This document shows positions 28,561-39,615 of a stretch of DNA of 64,000 nucleotides, one piece after another. How positions within the stretch are numbered: position 1 is the first letter of the stretch; the number at the start of each line of letters is the position of its first letter. The notes beneath the pieces were generated by a model. It ran no database searches. It was not told the origin of the DNA and was given only the letters and a program-made list of their open reading frames with translations. The stretch is taken from NCBI GenBank assembly GCA_963693055.1, contig OY843751.1, forward strand, positions 2,688,001 to 2,752,000. The letters run 5' to 3'. This DNA comes from a bacterium (GTDB taxonomy: Bacteria; Zhuqueibacterota; Zhuqueibacteria; Residuimicrobiales; Krinioviventaceae). A program made the position numbers and the translations under genes.

Positions 28561-29654
28561 AAACCGTTAATATAGATCTGGGTGAAAGAGGTTATGCAAT
28601 TCCAATAGGACCAGGTGTGCTGTCAAGTTTGCCTGAGCTATTAGTAAAACATGAAATACAGGAAGAATTGTACATCATTACCGATACCAATGTACACCAA
28701 TATTATCATCAAACAATAAAAGATTTATTTAATAAAACTGATATAAATCCTGTCATTTTTACTGTACCTGCAGGCGAAAAATCCAAATCTCTTGATGTTG
28801 CAAATCAACTTTATACACAATTACTTGAAAACAATGCTACCCGTAAAGCTGCAATTGTTGCCTTTGGCGGTGGAGTAGTAGGGGACCTGGCCGGTTTTAT
28901 TGCGGCAACTTTTATGAGAGGCGTTCCTTTTGTGCAAGTACCAACTACTATATTGAGTCAGGTTGACAGTAGTGTTGGCGGTAAAGTGGGTATAAATCAT
29001 CCATTGGGTAAAAATTTGATTGGTGCCTTTTATCAACCTGAATTTGTCCTTATTGATCCTGATGTTTTGGTAACTTTGCCGGAAAGAGAAATTAAAGCTG
29101 GAATAGCAGAAGTTATCAAATACAGTTTTATCTGGGATTATGATTTTTTTACCTCACTTTTCGATCATATTGATTCATTGATCTCATTGTCAGATACTAA
29201 ATATCTTGTCGATGTTTTGGCCAAATGTTGTGAGATAAAAGCAAATGTAGTAGAGCAGGATGAAAAAGAATCCGGTTTACGCAGTATATTAAACTTTGGT
29301 CATACGGCAGGTCATGCGCTTGAAGCCGTTACCGGTTATAATCACTTTCTCCATGGAGAAGCAGTATCTCATGGTATGCGTGCTGCAATTCATTTATCCA
29401 TGCTTGAGAACCGTATTGATAACAAAACTGCACAAAATGCACTTAAGCTAGTAGATTTATTAACCCCTCCTGAAATTCCATCTTTTGTAACCGTTGATGA
29501 TATTCTGCAAGCTACCCAAAAGGATAAAAAGCGTTCAAAAGCCGGCCAACTCTGGATATTGTTGGATGGTATTGGTAAATACGCAATGACCCGGGATGTT
29601 TCGAATGATCATATTAAATCAGCAGTTGAATTTATGATCAGGTACGCGCTATGA
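28557..29654 (+). CDS. aroB: 3-dehydroquinate synthase
   Basis: GGGVVGDLAGF, DSSVGGK, LNFGHT and HGEAV. Confidence 0.96.
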   Translation: MKTVNIDLGERGYAIPIGPGVLSSLPELLVKHEIQEELYIITDTNVHQYYHQTIKDLFNKTDINPVIFTVPAGEKSKSLDVANQLYTQLLENNATRKAAIVAFGGGVVGDLAGFIAATFMRGVPFVQVPTTILSQVDSSVGGKVGINHPLGKNLIGAFYQPEFVLIDPDVLVTLPEREIKAGIAEVIKYSFIWDYDFFTSLFDHIDSLISLSDTKYLVDVLAKCCEIKANVVEQDEKESGLRSILNFGHTAGHALEAVTGYNHFLHGEAVSHGMRAAIHLSMLENRIDNKTAQNALKLVDLLTPPEIPSFVTVDDILQATQKDKKRSKAGQLWILLDGIGKYAMTRDVSNDHIKSAVEFMIRYAL

Positions 29655-30094
29655 TCAAAGTAATTGTCATCCATGGTCCCAATTTAAACTTGTTAGGTGA
29701 TAGAGAACCTGATGTTTATGGTACTTTAACACTGGATAATATAAACCAGGAAATAACCAAGCTTGCTAAATCTATTGATATATCTGTTGAATGTTATCAG
29801 TCTAATCATGAAGGTGAATTAATAGATTTCATTCACAATAATCGTCATTCTGCCAGCGGAATTGTAATTAATCCTGGTGCATATACGCATTATAGCTATG
29901 CAATACGTGATGCAATATCCGCAGTCAAACTGCCAACTATTGAAGTTCACTTGTCTGATATTCACAAGCGGGAAGATTTTCGCAAAATATCTGTCATTCA
30001 ACCGGTATGTATCCATCAAATATACGGTAAAGGTTTAGACAGTTACCTGGAGGGTCTGTTGTTTCTAAACCAATACTTGAAGAAGGATTTGTAA
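29651..30094 (+). CDS. aroQ: Type II 3-dehydroquinate dehydratase
   Basis: HGPNLNLLG.REP..YG, NPGAYTH and EVHLS. Confidence 0.96.
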   Translation: MIKVIVIHGPNLNLLGDREPDVYGTLTLDNINQEITKLAKSIDISVECYQSNHEGELIDFIHNNRHSASGIVINPGAYTHYSYAIRDAISAVKLPTIEVHLSDIHKREDFRKISVIQPVCIHQIYGKGLDSYLEGLLFLNQYLKKDL

Positions 30095-30146
30095 TCCATT
30101 CATGGGGTACGAGTATTACATCTTGTTTAACCGCTTTAATTAGTTA

Positions 30147-30175
30147 TTGATTCTTTATTTCAATTGTTCTATATT
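30147..30175 (+). promoter_or_regulatory. Sigma-70-type promoter upstream of polX
   Basis: TTGATT, 17 nt spacer, TATATT. Confidence 0.45.
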
Positions 30176-30200
30176 TTAAATTCTATTATTGGAGATATTT

Positions 30201-31913
30201 TTGAAAAATATTGAAATAGCAAATATTTTTATGCAAATGGCCGATATTTTAGAGTTTAATGGTGAGTCACCATTCAAGGTCAATGCTTATCGTAAAGGTG
30301 CCCGTATTCTTGAAGAAATGACAGACGATATTGAATCTGTTTGGCAATCGGGTAATCTTCAGGAAATTCCGGGTATTGGTAAAGCCCTTTACGGTAAAAT
30401 AGAGGCATTTTTGACCAATGGAAATATCCCTCAATATGACGAGTTGTTAAAAAATATACCTCAAGATCTTTTTTTGTTGTTAAAAATCCCCAATTTTGGT
30501 CCCAAAACCGCTGCTCTAGCATACAAAGAATTGAATGTTCAAACACTCGATGATTTGAAAACTGTTATCGAATCCGGTAAACTGGAATCTTTACCAGGAA
30601 TGGGAGCAAAGCGTGTTGAAAAAATAAAAAAGAGTGTCGAGTTATTAAAGACTTCGCAGGAACGTTTATCTATTGGACTTGCTATTCCCATTGTGCAGGA
30701 AACTATAGATTATTTAAATGAACATGTAGGCGACAAAATCCTTAAAATAACAACTGCAGGATCTACCCGAAGAGGGCGTGAAACGGTTCACGATATTGAT
30801 ATTCTTGTCTCTACTGAATTCTCCAAAGTGGTAATTGAGTGTTTCACTCAAATGCCCGGTGTAACCTCTGTGCTCGGTTCTGGTTCAACAAAAGGCAGTA
30901 TCATAGTAAATGATCGAGAACAAATTGATTTACGTGCTGTACCTGCTGATAGTTTTGGTGCTGCTTTGCAGTATTTTACAGGTTCCAAAGCCCATAATGT
31001 GAAACTGAGAGGTATTGCCAAATCTAAAGGTTTTAAAATCAATGAATATGGTATTTTCAAAGATGAAACCAAAGTTGGTGGTGAAACTGAAAAAGAAATT
31101 TATGAGCAATTGGGACTGGTTTGGATTCCCCCCGAATTGCGTGAAGATCGGGGAGAAATAGAAGCATCTGCAGAGAATGCTTTGCCCGAATTGATTACTG
31201 ATTCTGATATGCTTGCAGATTTGCATATGCACACCCACTATAGCGATGGCCAATTATCTATTCAAGAGATGGCTGATGCTGTTCGGCAATTGGGTTATAA
31301 ATATATGGCAATTACGGATCATTCGGCCAATGCATTTTACGCAAATGGGCTGCAAGTCGATAGATTAAAGAAACAAATTGAAGAAATACGTGAAATTAGT
31401 AACAACTATACAGATTTTGAAATTCTTGCAGGTTCAGAGGTAGATATTTTACCCAATGGTAACCTTGACTTTGATGATGATATATTAAAGCAACTTGACT
31501 TTGTTGTAGCATCTATACACTCTGCGTTTACAACCAAACCCACTGAGCGTACGCTTGCAGCTATTGAAAATCCCTATGTGGATGTTATTGGACATCCAAC
31601 TGGCAGATTAATCTCGCGACGTGAAGGATTCGATATGGATATGGATATGGTAATGCAAAGGGCTGCGGAAACAGGAACAGCACTTGAAGTAAATGCCTAT
31701 TGGGATCGATTGGATTTATCTGATATCCACATCAAACAAGCCATTTCTATGGGTGTTAAATTGTCAATCAATACTGACAGCCACCATACACGACATCTGA
31801 GTATGATGCAGTTTGGAATAGCTACTGCAAGACGGGGGTGGGCAACAAAATCTGATGTAATTAATACAATGTCCCTTGAGCAATTGCGGACATGGCAAAA
31901 GCGAAATAACTGA
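30201..31913 (+). CDS. polX: DNA polymerase X / PHP 3'-5' exonuclease
   Basis: HhH motifs, GSTRRGRETVHDIDIL, YFTGSKAHN, PPELRE; PHP motifs DLHMHT..SDG, TDHS and NTDSH. Start TTG 30201 after GGAG. Confidence 0.95.
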   Translation: MKNIEIANIFMQMADILEFNGESPFKVNAYRKGARILEEMTDDIESVWQSGNLQEIPGIGKALYGKIEAFLTNGNIPQYDELLKNIPQDLFLLLKIPNFGPKTAALAYKELNVQTLDDLKTVIESGKLESLPGMGAKRVEKIKKSVELLKTSQERLSIGLAIPIVQETIDYLNEHVGDKILKITTAGSTRRGRETVHDIDILVSTEFSKVVIECFTQMPGVTSVLGSGSTKGSIIVNDREQIDLRAVPADSFGAALQYFTGSKAHNVKLRGIAKSKGFKINEYGIFKDETKVGGETEKEIYEQLGLVWIPPELREDRGEIEASAENALPELITDSDMLADLHMHTHYSDGQLSIQEMADAVRQLGYKYMAITDHSANAFYANGLQVDRLKKQIEEIREISNNYTDFEILAGSEVDILPNGNLDFDDDILKQLDFVVASIHSAFTTKPTERTLAAIENPYVDVIGHPTGRLISRREGFDMDMDMVMQRAAETGTALEVNAYWDRLDLSDIHIKQAISMGVKLSINTDSHHTRHLSMMQFGIATARRGWATKSDVINTMSLEQLRTWQKRNN

Positions 31914-32688
31914 TACCTGGCAGGAAAATAGACTGGCAAAGCTTTCTCATAAATTGATCCGTTTTTTCTATTTGGATAAAATTTTTGCGGAAAACGGATA
32001 TTTACTTAGCAGTAGAACACCATTTTATGGATTGTTGATCACAATTCCATTGTTGATTGTTTATGAAATGATGACCTTGTTTGTTGGGCATTATGAAAAC
32101 TATTCTGTCCGTAATTATGCGGAAATACTGTTCAAAGAACTGCTTGATTTGCTGGGATTACATGGTCCTGTCATGTTTGCTCTATTGGTAATTATTGTTT
32201 TAGCAGTTGTGTTTTATTTCAGGGATCAAAAACATAAAAAGTTTTCACCCAGTTATTTAGGCTACATGTTTTTAGAGAGTACGTTTTATGCTATATTTCT
32301 GGGTTTTATAGCATCCCGTTTTACACGGATGTTATTCATGGTTATTAATCCTCAAGATCAGCAGGTCTCAATTATGCTGTCTTTGGGTGCCGGATTTTAT
32401 GAAGAATTAATTTTTCGTGTATTACTTTTTGGAATAACTGCCCGTACTTTGATATTATTAAAGATGCAGAAATTTACCGCGTATTTAATTTCCGCATTGT
32501 TTTCTTCTGTTTTGTTCTCCTGGAGTCATTATATGGGATCAGAACAATTTCAAATAATTTCCGGATTTTTTCGGTTGTTTATGGGAATATTATTTTGTGT
32601 TTTATATAAATTAAGAGGCTTTGGGATCACCGCTTATACGCATGCGTTATATGATCTTTTTCTTTTGGTAAATGTATGGTCAGTTTAA
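31876..32688 (+). CDS. CPBP (Abi/CAAX) family intramembrane metalloprotease
   Basis: Multiple TM helices, EELIFR, FSWSH and HALYD. Start is uncertain. Confidence 0.85.
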   Translation: MSNCGHGKSEITDTWQENRLAKLSHKLIRFFYLDKIFAENGYLLSSRTPFYGLLITIPLLIVYEMMTLFVGHYENYSVRNYAEILFKELLDLLGLHGPVMFALLVIIVLAVVFYFRDQKHKKFSPSYLGYMFLESTFYAIFLGFIASRFTRMLFMVINPQDQQVSIMLSLGAGFYEELIFRVLLFGITARTLILLKMQKFTAYLISALFSSVLFSWSHYMGSEQFQIISGFFRLFMGILFCVLYKLRGFGITAYTHALYDLFLLVNVWSV

Positions 32689-33737
32689 ATTTAAAAAAAT
32701 ATTATAAATATATTCTAGCTGTATTAATACTGGTAATTCTGCTGAGTAGTTTATCAGTTTATTTTTATTTCAATTATCCTTTTGATAACCAAAATCTATC
32801 CCAAAAAGATTTTATTATTGAATGGGGCGAATCTTTTTCTTCTGTAAGTAATCGATTAGAAGCAGATTCGTTAATCAAAAGTTCTAATGGTTTAAAAGTA
32901 TTGGCCCGCATTACGGGTAAAACAATGGATATCAAAGCCGGGAAATACACTTTGCCCAGATCCGGTTCATTATCATATATTCTAAATATGATTACAGAAG
33001 GACGTCAGAGTTTTATCAAAGTTACCATTCCTGAAGGCTTAACCATACAACGCATTTCCGTATTACTTGAAGATACTTTGAAAATTGATGCGGTAGAATT
33101 TAGACAATTAACTCAAGATACTAGTTTTATTAAAACATTGGGGCTTGAAAAAGGTGCCTCTTGTTCATCACTTGAAGGATATTTATTTCCTGAAACATAT
33201 AATTTCCCATATGGATTAAATGAAAAGCAGATCATCAGACAACTGGTATCAGCATTTAAAAGTCAGGTTACTGACTCTATGGTAAATGCCGGCTCAGAAT
33301 ATAATTTTGACTTAAACCAGATTATTGCCCTTGCTTCAATAATTGAGGGAGAAGCTATTCTGGATAACGAAAAACCAGTCATTTCATCCGTCTATCACAA
33401 TCGCTTACGTTTAGGTATGCTATTGCAGGCAGACCCTACTATTCAATACATAATTGATGATGGTCCCCGACGCTTACTTAACAGAGACCTGGAAATTGAA
33501 TCACCTTATAATACATACAAATATGCCGGTTTACCTCCGGGGCCAATTAATAATCCCGGTTTGATAGCAATCAAAGCTGCAGTATTTCCGGTTGAGAGTA
33601 AATTTTTATATTTTGTAGCTGATGGAAAGGGGGGGCATGTATTTAGTGAAACCCTTGCTCAGCATAATCGGGCAAAGCGGCAATTTAATCAGATCAGAAG
33701 GCAGGTTGCCAGAGAAAAACGCAGGAAGGAAATGTAA
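32676..33737 (+). CDS. mltG: Endolytic transglycosylase MltG
   Basis: N-terminal TM, TIPEG, LEGYLFPETY, ASIIEGE, LQADPT and SPYNTY...GLPPGPI. Confidence 0.95.
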   Translation: MVSLNLKKYYKYILAVLILVILLSSLSVYFYFNYPFDNQNLSQKDFIIEWGESFSSVSNRLEADSLIKSSNGLKVLARITGKTMDIKAGKYTLPRSGSLSYILNMITEGRQSFIKVTIPEGLTIQRISVLLEDTLKIDAVEFRQLTQDTSFIKTLGLEKGASCSSLEGYLFPETYNFPYGLNEKQIIRQLVSAFKSQVTDSMVNAGSEYNFDLNQIIALASIIEGEAILDNEKPVISSVYHNRLRLGMLLQADPTIQYIIDDGPRRLLNRDLEIESPYNTYKYAGLPPGPINNPGLIAIKAAVFPVESKFLYFVADGKGGHVFSETLAQHNRAKRQFNQIRRQVAREKRRKEM

Positions 33738-35933
33738 TTGAGTTCTACGACGGATTGGATATATAAAGAATTAAACGAGAATCAACTTGCGGCTGTTAAA
33801 CAGCTTGATGGTCCGGTATTGATACTTGCCGGTGCAGGTAGTGGTAAAACCCGTGTTTTAACTTATCGCATTGCAAATTTACTAGCCCAGAATAAAGCTG
33901 AACCTTACCAGATCCTTTCTATGACATTTACAAACAAAGCGGCAGCAGAGATGCGGGAACGAATTGAAAAACTCGTTCCTGAAAATTCTGAAAGAATGTG
34001 GATGGGTACTTTTCATTCCTTGTTTGCAAAATTATTGCGACGGGATGGAGACAAGATTGGTTTTGATAGAAATTTTACAATTTATGACGTTGCCGACCAG
34101 GTTACATTACTTAAGACCATTATTGGAGAATTTAAGCTTCCTGTGCAGGAAGTTCAGCCCAAGATTGTTCAAAACAAAATCAGCAATGCAAAAAATGCTA
34201 TGATTATGCCTGAAGAATACAGCAACACTGTAGGCAATCCTATGGATGAGGTTGTGGCCAAGATCTATACCTTGTATCAAAAACGATTGTTGGAAAACAA
34301 TGCAATGGATTTTGATGATTTATTGATCAAACCCATTGAGCTTTTTTCCAAAAATCCGGATGTTCAGGCATTTTATCAAAATCGTTTTCAATATATAATG
34401 GTTGATGAATATCAGGATACAAACCACGCACAGTATAGAGCGTTGAAGATGATGACAGGTAAGGCAGGTAACATTTGTGTAGTAGGTGATGACGATCAAT
34501 CCATTTATCGTTGGCGTGGTGCTGACCTCAGGAATATCCTCGAGTTTGAATCTGACTATCCCAAATGTAAAAAATTTCGTCTGGAACAGAATTATCGTTC
34601 TACCAAAAATATTTTAGCAGCGGCGCATTCTGTGATTGTCAATAATGTAAAACGTCATGATAAAGAATTGTGGACGAATAGAGAGCCAGGTGAGCAGGTT
34701 ACCTTGACGACATTGTATGATGAACGTGAAGAGGCACGTTATATTGTTGGTCAAATAGGCAACGAATTCCGCAAAGCTGAACGTCGATTTTATGATTTTT
34801 CTATATTGTATCGTACCAATGCTCAATCCCGTGTACTTGAAGAAGCCTTACGTATAGATGGCATTCCTTACATCATTGTAGGTGGAGTAAAATTTTATGA
34901 ACGCAAAGAAGTCAAAGATGTTCTCGCTTATCTCAAAGTACTCGTTAATCCTGCTGACAGTATAAGTTTAAAGCGCATTATAAATTTCCCCTTACGTGGA
35001 ATTGGTGATTCTACCATTCAAAAACTTGAACTATACGCATTTGAGAAAAATAGATCTATCTATGAAGCATTAAAATATGTAGATGAAATCCAGGGTATTA
35101 CTGATAAAACAGTAAAACGAATTAGCAATTTTTACAAATTATTGAAAAAGTACCATTCATTGCAGGAAAAAGTATCTCCAACAGAACTTGCTACATCTTT
35201 GGTTGAAGAAACCAGTATACTCAAACAGTACAAAGAAGATCCTTCTGTAGAATCTCAAACCCGTGCTGAAAACGTTCGGGAGCTTTTGATTGCTATTGCG
35301 GAATATTGTAAGCAAAATGGTTCAGAAGCAACGCTTGAAGCATTTTTACAGCATGTTACCTTGACAACAGATATTGACACCTGGGATGATAAATCCAATG
35401 CGGTGACCATGATGACCCTGCACGCTGCAAAGGGTTTGGAATTTCCGGTTGTGTTTATTACAGGACTTGAAGAAGGTTTGTTTCCTACATCACGTAGTCT
35501 GGACGATCCACATGCGCTTGAGGAAGAGAGACGTTTGTTTTATGTGGGCGCAACCCGTGCACAGGATAAATTATATCTCACATTGACAAAAAACAGACAG
35601 CGGTATGGTGAGAATCCTGCTCGTGTAAAATCCCGTTTTATAAAAGAGCTTGATTCCCGATATGTTCAGTATGAACAAAGCCGTACTATACAAGCCAAAG
35701 AAGTCAAGAGACCGCGAGTGTATTACGAATCAGATTCAATGCCTGATTATGAAAATATGTCTCAGGAGAACATTGAATTTTCTGTAGGAATGCGTGTAAA
35801 ACATGTTAAATTTGGTAAAGGAAATATTTTAAAAATAGAACCCAGTCATGGAACATACAAGCTGCTTGTGATGTTTGATACAGCAGGAGAAAAAAGACTT
35901 GTATTACCTTATGCAAAATTGGAAATCTTATAG
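33738..35933 (+). CDS. pcrA: UvrD/PcrA family DNA helicase
   Basis: AGAGSGKT, DEYQD, GDDDQSIY.WRGA, HAAKGLEF, EERRLFYV and C-terminal Tudor-like domain. Confidence 0.96.
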   Translation: MSSTTDWIYKELNENQLAAVKQLDGPVLILAGAGSGKTRVLTYRIANLLAQNKAEPYQILSMTFTNKAAAEMRERIEKLVPENSERMWMGTFHSLFAKLLRRDGDKIGFDRNFTIYDVADQVTLLKTIIGEFKLPVQEVQPKIVQNKISNAKNAMIMPEEYSNTVGNPMDEVVAKIYTLYQKRLLENNAMDFDDLLIKPIELFSKNPDVQAFYQNRFQYIMVDEYQDTNHAQYRALKMMTGKAGNICVVGDDDQSIYRWRGADLRNILEFESDYPKCKKFRLEQNYRSTKNILAAAHSVIVNNVKRHDKELWTNREPGEQVTLTTLYDEREEARYIVGQIGNEFRKAERRFYDFSILYRTNAQSRVLEEALRIDGIPYIIVGGVKFYERKEVKDVLAYLKVLVNPADSISLKRIINFPLRGIGDSTIQKLELYAFEKNRSIYEALKYVDEIQGITDKTVKRISNFYKLLKKYHSLQEKVSPTELATSLVEETSILKQYKEDPSVESQTRAENVRELLIAIAEYCKQNGSEATLEAFLQHVTLTTDIDTWDDKSNAVTMMTLHAAKGLEFPVVFITGLEEGLFPTSRSLDDPHALEEERRLFYVGATRAQDKLYLTLTKNRQRYGENPARVKSRFIKELDSRYVQYEQSRTIQAKEVKRPRVYYESDSMPDYENMSQENIEFSVGMRVKHVKFGKGNILKIEPSHGTYKLLVMFDTAGEKRLVLPYAKLEIL

Positions 35934-35936
35934 CTT

Positions 35937-38900
35937 ATGAAAAAACTATTAATTTTTTGGATTCTGGTTATTCCTTTTTGGGTATTTGCTCAGGAAACTG
36001 CATTGCAGGAAGAACATGATTTTCGCTTTTCCATGCAGCTCATGAACAAAGAGATGTATGACCTTGCAGCTATTCAGTTTGATAAATTTACAGATAATTA
36101 TCCATCCAGTCCCAATGCACCGCAAGCAATGATTAATGCTGCATCCTGCTATGAAAAGATGGATAGCCTGAATGTGGCCGCCAAATATTATTACGACCTT
36201 GTGTTAAAGTTCCCGCAAAGCGAACTGGTAGACCAGGCTTTGTATAATAGAGGTATTTTGCTGCAAAAAATGGGTGATCATTTAAATGCTGCATTAAATC
36301 TTGAACGATTATTGATTTTTACACCTTCAAGTAATCTGGTGCCCGCTGCTCAGTTGTTAGCTGCAAAATCTTTTATTCAAATTAAAGATTATAACAAGGC
36401 ATTAAATGCTGCCAATATAGTCATTGAAAAATATCCTTCACATCCTGAGCGACCACATGCGCATTTAATAATAGCTGAAATTTATGGTTATCAAGGCAGA
36501 ATGGAATATGCCTTTAGCGAATTAGATAAAGTATCTGGTAACAATCTGGAAAATGAAATTACCCAGCAGGCGTATTTACTGAAATCGAAACTGTTCCGCG
36601 ATTCCGGCCGTTACTCCTCGTCTGACAGTCTGTTAGAGAATTTAATTCAAGCAAGGGTTGTAAATGATTTTGTACTTGAAGCAGGGTACCAACTTGCTTT
36701 ATCCTACCAGGCCTTTGGAGATTATCAGAAATCTATTAAAGTTGCAACAGGTTTATTAAATAAAAAGTCTGCTGGTGAATTACCCTCAAAATTAGTTTTG
36801 GTAACCGGTGACAACTATACTATGTTGAAAGAATATGAAACTGCACTTTCGTATTATTCTCAATGTGACACCTCAATTCTTGATGAAAATTGGGATACTG
36901 CCTTTTTATATCGTCTTGGTTTTGTTTACCAGAAACTCGAGCATGATCAAGAAGCAGTAGAGGTGTTTGAACATATTTTAAATAATCCCGGTTCGATTGA
37001 TACCTATATTCTCTTTAAAACTCTTGAAGCATATGCACTTTTGTTAAAAGAAAGTAATAATGCGATAGAAGCTGTTGATTTACTACAGCAATCATTACAA
37101 AAGCCTGTTTATTCTATTTATAAAGATCAAATTTTATATATTTTGGGAGAGATACAGGAAAACGGTTTGAATGATTGGGCCGGTGCACGTTCAAGTTATT
37201 CTTCAATCCAATCTGCTGCTTTAAAAAGTAATTTGGCTGATCAGGCACAAATTAAAATTTGCCAAACTTTTGAAAAAGAAGGAAATCCTGAGCAGGCTTT
37301 GCGAGAATATGAAAGATTCCTGAATATTTATCCAGCTTCTAATAAATATCAGGAAATCAAATCAAAAGCTGAAATTTTGAAAAAGCAATTACCTGTTTCC
37401 TCAAATACAGACATGATTGCAAAAATGTTTCTACAGGACCTTAACAGTCCATCCAGTGCGCAAACGCTTGCTGATCTTGCGGAAATATTAATTAATGAGA
37501 GACATGATTACCAGACAGCCATTTCTTTTATTGAAAAAGCTGTTGCAGCAGATATGACAGAGTCTTTGGATTTAAAAAAATTGGCATTTGAAAAAGCATA
37601 TTGTCATGCTATATTATCTGAAATTAATTTTTCCAACCATCAACCCATCAAAGCCAAAGCGCATAAAGATACGCTCAACCAGCTTTATGGACACATGTTG
37701 GCAGGTTTTCCTAATTCTGAGCAAACGTTTAAAACCTATATATATAAAATCAAGCTCGACTTGATGGAAATTGAATCACCGGACCAGGTTTCCCGTTACC
37801 TGGATTCAACTCTGGTGAAAATTCCCAAGGAAATCAAGTCTGATCCCCAATATGTTACTCTTGAATTAATGCAGATCCATTCTCTGCTTGATACAAAAAC
37901 AGACACAACCAATTGGTTAAAGCTCCAAAAAGCAAATATGATTTGCGGTAGCATTCAATCCACTACAAGCGACCCTGATCTGGTTTTGGAATCACAATTA
38001 TTAAATGCTGAAATACTTTACAAGCTTTCCGAGGCTGATAGTGCAATCAAAGTTCTTGCACAAATCAAAAAAAGCAATGCTGTTGGTGTTCAGGCACAGT
38101 ATTTACTTGCCAATTTGTATCAGGAGCAAGAGATGTATGACAAAGCGTTGCGCATCTATCATACATTAATAAGCACTCACTATTATTCACCATTAGCTAT
38201 AGATGCCGTTAAAAATAGTATAGAAATACTTTATGAATTAGACAAAATTCAGGATGCACGGGTATTGGTTGATCAATATCTTGAATACAAGGGTAGTGAG
38301 TATCTTCCCAATTTTTTTTTCGATACCCAATTTGATGAATTAATATGGCTATCTGCCAAATTGTCAGATAAAAATCAGGAACCCGTCAAAGCAACACAGG
38401 ATCTACAAAGATATCTTTACACCAGTAATGCCCCAAAACACCAGGCTGAAGCATTGTTGCTCTTGGGTGATATTGCGAGGGAATCAAATAATAACGAAAT
38501 TGCTATTGGTCATTATACTGAACTGGTCCAAAAATTTCCTGCTGATACCCTGGCACAAAGTGCCAGAGAGTCCATTGCAGATATTTCCTTCCAGATGGAA
38601 GATTATCAACAGGCATTGCAGCATTACAAAACCATAAAATCCCAGCAAACCGGAGATAAGAAAATTTTTGCTTATTCACGAGAAGTGGTTTGTGAATTCC
38701 GTCTTGGAGAGCTAGCCAAAGCAAAAAATCTTGCTAAACAATTTACAAAAACCTATAAACATCAGGATAAATATGAAGCAGAATTCCTTTATGAAGAAGG
38801 CATGCTTCAAATAAAGCTTAAAAATTTTGATGATGCGGAAGATGCATTCAAAGATCTTTCTAAAAAATATGATGATATTCCGGAGGGAGCAAAAGGCGCA

Positions 38901-39614
38901 TTGGGCCTCGCCAGAATGTATGTGATTACAGGAAAACCGGAAGATGCCTTGAAAATTTTAACACAAATTCCCGAAGATTACGATGATCCCATCATTCTGG
39001 CTACCGCATATTTAAATCTTGCAGATTTTTATTACGAGAACCGTCTGTTACCACAATGTATTGCTGCAAATGAAAAAGTATTAGAGCTTGTAGATTCTGG
39101 TTATTTACATAAAAGTGCTATGAATTTGCTGATCAAAACTTATGATCAATTCAAATTAGGGGATAAAGCCATAGCATTGATCCGGGAGTTTATTGAAAAA
39201 TATCCCAACGATCCGGATATTATGATCAAAAAAATCCAGATTGGTATTCTTTTGCATGATATAAAGGATTATGATCGCTCTATATCATACTTGAAAAACC
39301 TAAAGCCTTTTGTAAGCAGTACGGATGAGCCCGAAGTACAATATTATATTGCATTGTCGTATATGGATAAAGGAGATTTTGATCAGGCAATAGTAGAGTT
39401 TTTAAAGGTTAAATATCTCAGCAAAGACACAAAGTTGCCCTGGAAGGTTTCTTCGCTGTATCAGGCAGGTATTGCTTATCGAAAATTGGGCAATTACGAT
39501 AAAGCTATTGAATTATTGCAGCAGGTAGTACGCGAACAAGGTGCTGTTGACAGTTTTGGGCAGGCTGCCGCTTCAAAAATCAAAGAAATTGAATCTGAAA
39601 GAGCGCAATTGTAA
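35937..39614 (+). CDS. Large secreted tetratricopeptide-repeat protein (YbgF/BamD-like TPR units)
   Basis: Signal peptide and many TPR units with YPxS-type turns. Confidence 0.8.
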   Translation: MKKLLIFWILVIPFWVFAQETALQEEHDFRFSMQLMNKEMYDLAAIQFDKFTDNYPSSPNAPQAMINAASCYEKMDSLNVAAKYYYDLVLKFPQSELVDQALYNRGILLQKMGDHLNAALNLERLLIFTPSSNLVPAAQLLAAKSFIQIKDYNKALNAANIVIEKYPSHPERPHAHLIIAEIYGYQGRMEYAFSELDKVSGNNLENEITQQAYLLKSKLFRDSGRYSSSDSLLENLIQARVVNDFVLEAGYQLALSYQAFGDYQKSIKVATGLLNKKSAGELPSKLVLVTGDNYTMLKEYETALSYYSQCDTSILDENWDTAFLYRLGFVYQKLEHDQEAVEVFEHILNNPGSIDTYILFKTLEAYALLLKESNNAIEAVDLLQQSLQKPVYSIYKDQILYILGEIQENGLNDWAGARSSYSSIQSAALKSNLADQAQIKICQTFEKEGNPEQALREYERFLNIYPASNKYQEIKSKAEILKKQLPVSSNTDMIAKMFLQDLNSPSSAQTLADLAEILINERHDYQTAISFIEKAVAADMTESLDLKKLAFEKAYCHAILSEINFSNHQPIKAKAHKDTLNQLYGHMLAGFPNSEQTFKTYIYKIKLDLMEIESPDQVSRYLDSTLVKIPKEIKSDPQYVTLELMQIHSLLDTKTDTTNWLKLQKANMICGSIQSTTSDPDLVLESQLLNAEILYKLSEADSAIKVLAQIKKSNAVGVQAQYLLANLYQEQEMYDKALRIYHTLISTHYYSPLAIDAVKNSIEILYELDKIQDARVLVDQYLEYKGSEYLPNFFFDTQFDELIWLSAKLSDKNQEPVKATQDLQRYLYTSNAPKHQAEALLLLGDIARESNNNEIAIGHYTELVQKFPADTLAQSARESIADISFQMEDYQQALQHYKTIKSQQTGDKKIFAYSREVVCEFRLGELAKAKNLAKQFTKTYKHQDKYEAEFLYEEGMLQIKLKNFDDAEDAFKDLSKKYDDIPEGAKGALGLARMYVITGKPEDALKILTQIPEDYDDPIILATAYLNLADFYYENRLLPQCIAANEKVLELVDSGYLHKSAMNLLIKTYDQFKLGDKAIALIREFIEKYPNDPDIMIKKIQIGILLHDIKDYDRSISYLKNLKPFVSSTDEPEVQYYIALSYMDKGDFDQAIVEFLKVKYLSKDTKLPWKVSSLYQAGIAYRKLGNYDKAIELLQQVVREQGAVDSFGQAAASKIKEIESERAQL

Positions 39615-39615
39615 T

